Position numbers and translations under genes: made by a program. A DNA stretch of 61,585 nt, counting the filler, from Collodictyon triciliatum (taxonomy: Eukaryota): assembly GCA_043381765.1 (NCBI GenBank). It is 24 parts of 24 records of this genome, joined end to end, with 100 filler letters (N's around TTAATTAATTAA, not from the genome) between each part and the next. Parts side by side here need not be neighbours in the genome. Positions count along the whole stretch, not along the records: positions 53,935 to 56,418 come from JBHJMP010008794.1; positions 56,519 to 59,002 come from JBHJMP010008795.1; positions 59,103 to 61,585 come from JBHJMP010008796.1; 21 more parts are not named here. One strand, 5' to 3'. This document shows positions 56,126 to 61,585 of this stretch, piece by piece (the stretch's first letter is position 1; every line of letters begins with the position of its first letter). The notes under the pieces were generated by a model, which saw nothing but the letters and a program-made list of their open reading frames with translations, searched no databases and was not told the DNA's origin.

Positions 56126-56843
56126 CACACGGACAGGCACGCTTGCGCCCTCGACGCTTCTACTTATCTCCTTCAGGACGTCTGCAGCAGTGCACGGCTA
56201 TCCGTCTCAGTCGATGATTCTTTGGTAGGCGTAAAGTCGCAAAAATGGTGAGGTCTTCTATTCTCTTCTTCCTCCTCCTGCTCTGTTATCGATACCAATA
56301 CAAATATATGTTCCGGTCTGTGCTCTCTGGGTTCGATTATGGCTGAAAGGAGACAAAGTGCTCTGTGGGTGCAGGATTAAGTGGATGAGATGATTTCTTT
56401 TTTTTTTTTTTTTTTTTTNNNNNNNNNNNNNNNNNNNNNNNNNNNNNNNNNNNNNNNNNNNNTTAATTAATTAANNNNNNNNNNNNNNNNNNNNNNNNNN
56501 NNNNNNNNNNNNNNNNNNATTTAGTTTATGCGACAATAACACAAGCAAACTATGTATGTAATCAAACAAAACATGGGGAGAAAATCGTCAGGGTAGGTGC
56601 CTACAGATAGAAAAATGACAAGCAAACGAACAAAACCATATTTTCTAGCAGGAAAACTATCATATCCAATCAGGCATATGGTTTGTGGTAGCGGTGAAGG
56701 GTGTTTTCATTTTTGTGTATATCAGACCCCGTTAAGGGATTCCATTTTAGATTGTGAGAGACCATCACACTGATGAAGCATGGCGCGAAAGAAGGATTTA
56801 TCATGGGCATTGTCTATAGGTTACAAAAGAAATGGCTGCCAGC

Positions 56844-58175
56844 TTAGAATGCACGGCTGTGGTGGGATGTTGCTTGGTCAAACTTGTTTTCCAGGACAAA
56901 GCGGTAGCGGACACCACCAGCACGAACGCGCTCGAGGGCAGTATTGATGTTTTGGATGGGCAGAACTCCAATCCAAGGACTGATGTTGTACTCAGAAGCA
57001 AATCGCAACATTTCTTTGATTTTGAAACTGGAGCCAATGACGCTGCCACACAGGCCGACTTGGCTCATGATAAGATTGAAGGGCGCGATTTTGGTGAGTT
57101 CCTCAGGGAGACAAACCACGACCATTTTTCTGTGAGTGCGGAAAAGTGACAGATACCCGCCCTAGTTCATGTCGTTGCTGTTGGCTATCACAAGGATAAC
57201 ATCCAACTAATTAATTCTGACCGTAAAACAAAGTTCCTTCATTTATTTTAGCAATAGATAAACACATATTGACGAACTTTTGTGTTTGATTCGCAAACGG
57301 TCTTTGCAGCAGCAGCGATTTCGGCAGGGTTGCTACTGTTGATGAAGTGGTTCGCTCCAAGCTTGATAGCTTCCTCTTTCTTTTTCTCTGAGTGAGAAAT
57401 GGCGGTTACTTCGCCTCCTAGGGCCTGTATTTTTATTTTATTTTTTGTTTTAAATATATAAACACGCGAATCCTCTTTAAAGTGATATTTGCCGTGAAGT
57501 TATTTTATTTTGTAACATAAATATCATAGTGAAAACAAACCTTGGCAAACTGAATTCCGAAATGCCCATGTCCTCCGATACTAATGATTCCCACCTTGAT
57601 TCCGTTGCTTGCACGGTCGCTGCTTATAAAAAAAAACCGTAAAAATTTAGCGCTTCGTTTCTTGTATCAAGAAATTGTGTAACTTAGGTATCTGTGAGTC
57701 CAAATGATGTCCCTACCGCCTCAGGGCAGTGGAAACTGTGATTTCAGCGCATAGAAGAGGAGCAGCAACATCAGAAGGGATACTCTCTGGGAAGAGGAAG
57801 GCGAAGTCGGACAAGAGACGGATACGGTCAGCATATCCGTCCCTTGAGAGCTCACCGTCAGCGTAGGGTATATTGTGGGTGAAGACTTTCTTTGGGAAGC
57901 ATTGATTATCCTATGCTGCACTCATAAAAATCGGGCTTCAGGCAGGCAAAACACTGACGCCCACACCCACTCGGTCATCTACCTTGAAGGAAGGTCGATA
58001 TTGATGAGAGGTGAGCGCAAGACTACGTAACATGCAAAGCTTTACATGGATGGCATATTTTTCATGAGACTTACCATCAAGTTCGTCATGTTATAACCTG
58101 CAGCAACAACCTCGCCGATAACCTCATGTCCAACCACCATAAGATAGACTGACCTCTTCCAGTCGTTATCGATGG
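56844..58175 (-). pseudogene. NADP-dependent zinc alcohol dehydrogenase (CAD/ADH6/YahK-like) unprocessed pseudogene
   Basis: Reads VVGHEVIGEV, DRVGVG, GYAD...AAPLLCAEITV, IGGHGHFGIQFAK/ALGGEV and GVRYRFVL. Introns are retained. There is an in-frame TAG near 57162, frameshifts near 57960 and 57905, and no upstream GxCHSD motif. Confidence 0.82.
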
Positions 58176-59262
58176 TATAGTATTTGTGAAGTTGTGAATA
58201 ATACGGGTAAGTGGAGCAACAACATCAGAGTCTATGGTGCGGCGTTGCTTCTCATCACAAGCTGAGCTTTACAACCTGCTGCAGTCTCTGTGTGTTTGTG
58301 ACAAAGGTCACTCACCCGACCCGCAGATTCTCAGTGGGTGATTTTGAACTCAAAGCTGCGCGGGCCAAGGATGCGGGGGTGATACGTTTATGGCTCAAGA
58401 GCTACTCCGGCACTAAATGCGGCATAGGAGTGGAATGAAACGCTAGTGTCAACGGCCATATGGCTGCAATTTATATGGGATAGATGCGGGGTAAGTTGAA
58501 AGAAAATAAAGCAATCTTGATGGGCATTATCATTGGCGTGCTGGGTTGAAATATCATTCCCAAGATGCTCTGACAAGGTTGAGGCAGGGGATGAAAAATA
58601 AATAATGGTTATTTAGATTGTGGTTTTTAAGATTCTCGTCACTTTATTGTTTTTCTTTTGCAGTTGGTTTGCTGTTGATAGGTCAATTCATTGAGAAAAC
58701 AGAGATATTTCACGCGTGGTGCTCGGCAAAGCAATCCACTTATCGTTTAGATTTCATAAGGAAATATCTTACCTCTTCAATCTTCTGTCTTATGTCAAAC
58801 CGGACGCCTATTTGTGTGTTCCTAAAGCTGGACATGCGTTTTTTTATATGTTCTGTTAAATCCCAGCCGGTAATGGCGAACCACATTCGAAACGCATTAG
58901 GTGAAGTCCCTTTGGCGAGGTGGCAGGCAGGATGACATGTGGGCCCTATTGGGTCAAAGGTATCCCAGAAGCTTCTGGAAGCTTTCGCCTTCAGTGCAAC
59001 CTNNNNNNNNNNNNNNNNNNNNNNNNNNNNNNNNNNNNNNNNNNNNTTAATTAATTAANNNNNNNNNNNNNNNNNNNNNNNNNNNNNNNNNNNNNNNNNN
59101 NNTTTTTTGGTTTTTTGGTTTTTTGGTTTTTTGGTTTTTTGGTTTTTTGGTTTTTTGGTTTTTTGGTTTTTTGGTTTTTTGGTTTTTTGGTTTTTTGTTT
59201 TGGTTGTGCTACATACAAATTCTAGGGTAACAAAAGATATAGCAACTGTGATAAGGTCAAAC

Positions 59263-61186
59263 CAGCATCAATGGAGCGAAGGAGGAAGTCGACTGCTTTT
59301 TTCTGATTCGGAAAGGCCGGGTTTTGGTGATAGAGCCAGCCAAGCTGTTGCAATACTTTTGCGTTTGGAGTGTCCTGAATCGCTTTTTCGTAACAATCTT
59401 TGGCTTCGTGATACTACAGAGTGAAGTTGATAAAGGAGGTATAATGCAGGAATTCAATGGGGACGAGAGTGGCTTTTCTCTTGATTTTTATCAGCTATTA
59501 GATTTCAAATCTAACTCATGTCACTTGGTATGCGATCTTTTGATATTACGCTACAAAATAATAATTATAATTAAAAACAATAATAAACCTGCTTCTGTAA
59601 TTCGTATATCTGACCCATCTGAAAGTGAATATCAGATTCATTGACGGAGCGGGGCATATTCTTCAAAAGAAATTGGAGGCACTGTAGGAATTAAATTTAG
59701 AAATCCATAATAGAAGAATGATTTATGGGATATGATTTCTCGCATGAATATTCTAGTACATATAGATGTATGACAAATGAGAGGAAAGGAAAATGAAAAA
59801 AGACAACATAATTACAGCTAGTATATGACATGGTGAGTGAATTGTAAACCAGAATATTGAAGAAAAATGGAATTAGGGAGGAGAAAAACCAAGTGTGGTT
59901 AAGGTGGAATCCTTACCTCTTTGGCCTCGTCGTATTTGAGTTGGTGTTTGTGAATAACGGCAAGCTTGAAATAAACATCCGAGGCCTTTTCGAACTTGGG
60001 GTCCATCTTGAGAACAGCAGTAAAAGCTTCTTCTGCGTGGTCGTACGACTGGAATTTTTCATAGAGTACTCCGATACCATACCACAGGTTGGGGTCCTAC
60101 TCAAATCAGGATTCAATGAGTCATACAGAGAATTAAGTTTTTACCCGCAAAGTGTAAAACTTTAGATGAGTGAGAAAGGAATATCTACATTCATGAGTCT
60201 GACGTTTTGCTTAACGTATAATTGTTTTCTTTGAATCGAATAAAGGAAAAATATATATAATTGTTTTGTACAGGCACATTAAATAGCTAAATGAAACAAT
60301 GACACGCTATAATAATGACGTACACGGGGATTGGACAGGTAAGAAAGGGCATGCTGATACGCCTTGTACGCCTGTTGCAAATCTTCCATGCGTAAATAAC
60401 AATGACCCAAAATCCCCCATGCGTCTCCTTGGGTGGGTTCCTTGGCAATTATTTTGAGAAGACATTCCACAGCCTGATGAAGACAACGGCAATCAATATC
60501 AATATCAATATCAATATCAATATCAATATCAATATCAATATCAATATCAATATCAATATCAATATCAAAACAACAAAAGGGATATCGAGACATCAATTTT
60601 TAATCAAGACGAAGTTGTTTGTTGTTGTTTTTGGGGAGTATGGGCTGAGAAAAAGTGCACGGAGTTAGTTAAAGGAATCAGGAGGGAAACCTTCTGGTGT
60701 GCATCTTTGCGGACATAAATGTTTGCCACTTGAATAAGGGCGCGTGTGTTTGTGGGATTATGCTGGAGAGCATTGTCGTATGCAAAGAGGGCTTTGTCCA
60801 AGTCCTGCATGAGCTCGTTGAGACTCGCTAAAAAGAAATCGGCTGTTTTAGCTGAAACTGCGTGCTTATGCTTGCGGGAATTGGTATGAAGAAGTGACGA
60901 GACTCTCCAGCAGGGTTTCGAGTCAGGAACAGGGAAGAGAACTCGATAAAAGTCGAGAGGTTTTTGGATCATGATCGCGGAAGAGAGAGAGAGAAGAGAG
61001 AACAAACAGAAAAAGAAAAAGAAAAAGAAAAAGAAAAAGGTATTAAGAAAAGGAGAGAGAAATAAGAGAAAAAGAAAAAGACAAACCTATCTGCAGCCAC
61101 GTTTGTTCGTTGGCCTGATTCAGCTTATCCACCAACTCGCGCGCAGCAGATGGCGCAGTGTTTGAGGCCGATTCCTTCCCGTTCAT
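59263..61186 (-). CDS. Cyc8/Ssn6-like TPR transcriptional co-repressor (5' part)
   Basis: Reads MNGKE...ANEQTWLQI / ASLNELMQDLDKALFAYDNALQHNP / GDAWGILGHCYLRMEDLQQAYKAYQHAL / DPNLWYGIGVLY / KVLQQLGWLYHQ. Confidence 0.88.
60217..60267 (+). mobile_element. 27-bp retroposed LINE 3' tip with 12-bp TSD, inside a Cyc8 intron
   Basis: TATAATTGTTTT (60217-60228 and 60256-60267) flanks CTTTGAATCGAATAAAGGAAAAATATA. Confidence 0.8.
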
Positions 61187-61585
61187 CGCCCGTCTCTATG
61201 GTCTTTGGCCTTTGTGTGGTTTGTCTGTGGGTGGTTATTTGCAAGTGGGATGGGCTGGTGAGGAGAATAACAGAAGTCCCGTGTCTTTGTGCCCGGGTAT
61301 GATTGATCACACAGCCGCTGTAATAGGTTGCTTCGTGACCTGCTTCACACCTCTTTTCTTTTTCCTTTTTTCTCTTTTTTCTCTTTTTTCTCTTTTTTCT
61401 CTTTTTTCTCTTTTTTCTCTTTTTCTCTTTTTTCTCTTTTTTCTCTTTTTTCTCTTTTTTCTCTTTTTTCTCTTTTTTCTCTTTTTTCTCTTTTTTCTCT
61501 TTTTTCTCTTTTTTCTCTTTTTTCTCTTTTTTCTCTTTTTTCTCTTTTTTCTCTTTTTTCTCTTTTTTCTCTTTTTTCTCTTTTT

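Overview
This window is not contiguous DNA. It is 24 short contigs (about 2.48-2.50 kb, roughly size-sorted; one is 1,985 bp) joined by 23 artificial 100-nt linkers (N44-TTAATTAATTAA-N44), so adjacency across linkers carries no information. The DNA is from an intron-rich, microsatellite-rich eukaryote (probably a protist; not identifiable from this window) using the standard code. Recognisable spliced host gene fragments: PRMT1, a myotubularin, an EML5/6-like protein, TRAX/TSNAX, an ACSBG-like acyl-CoA synthetase, a PMT/POMT mannosyltransferase, Cyc8/Ssn6, a ZIFL-like MFS transporter, a Gal3ST-like sulfotransferase, a DUF4062 protein, a PB1-ZZ protein, a predicted myristoylated NHL propeller and an EGF-like protein. 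There are also pseudogenes of a MATE transporter and an NADP-dependent alcohol dehydrogenase. The mobile fraction holds the most interest: (1) one end of an AT-rich virus-like element, with an intronless D5-like SF3 helicase and a 620-bp palindrome/hairpin-rich terminus, joined directly to an interrupted LINE reverse transcriptase; (2) at least six 18-40 bp insertions of the motif (CCTCGCTGCACTTTG)AATCGAATAAAGG(A)n, each between 12-29 bp target-site duplications, which match the 3' tip of a resident L1/Tx1-like LINE; (3) ORF1-like RRM elements with no visible ORF2; (4) a decayed Helitron-type Pif1 helicase; (5) a higher-order tandem repeat. All calls come from manual reading and motif recognition; no database searches were run.
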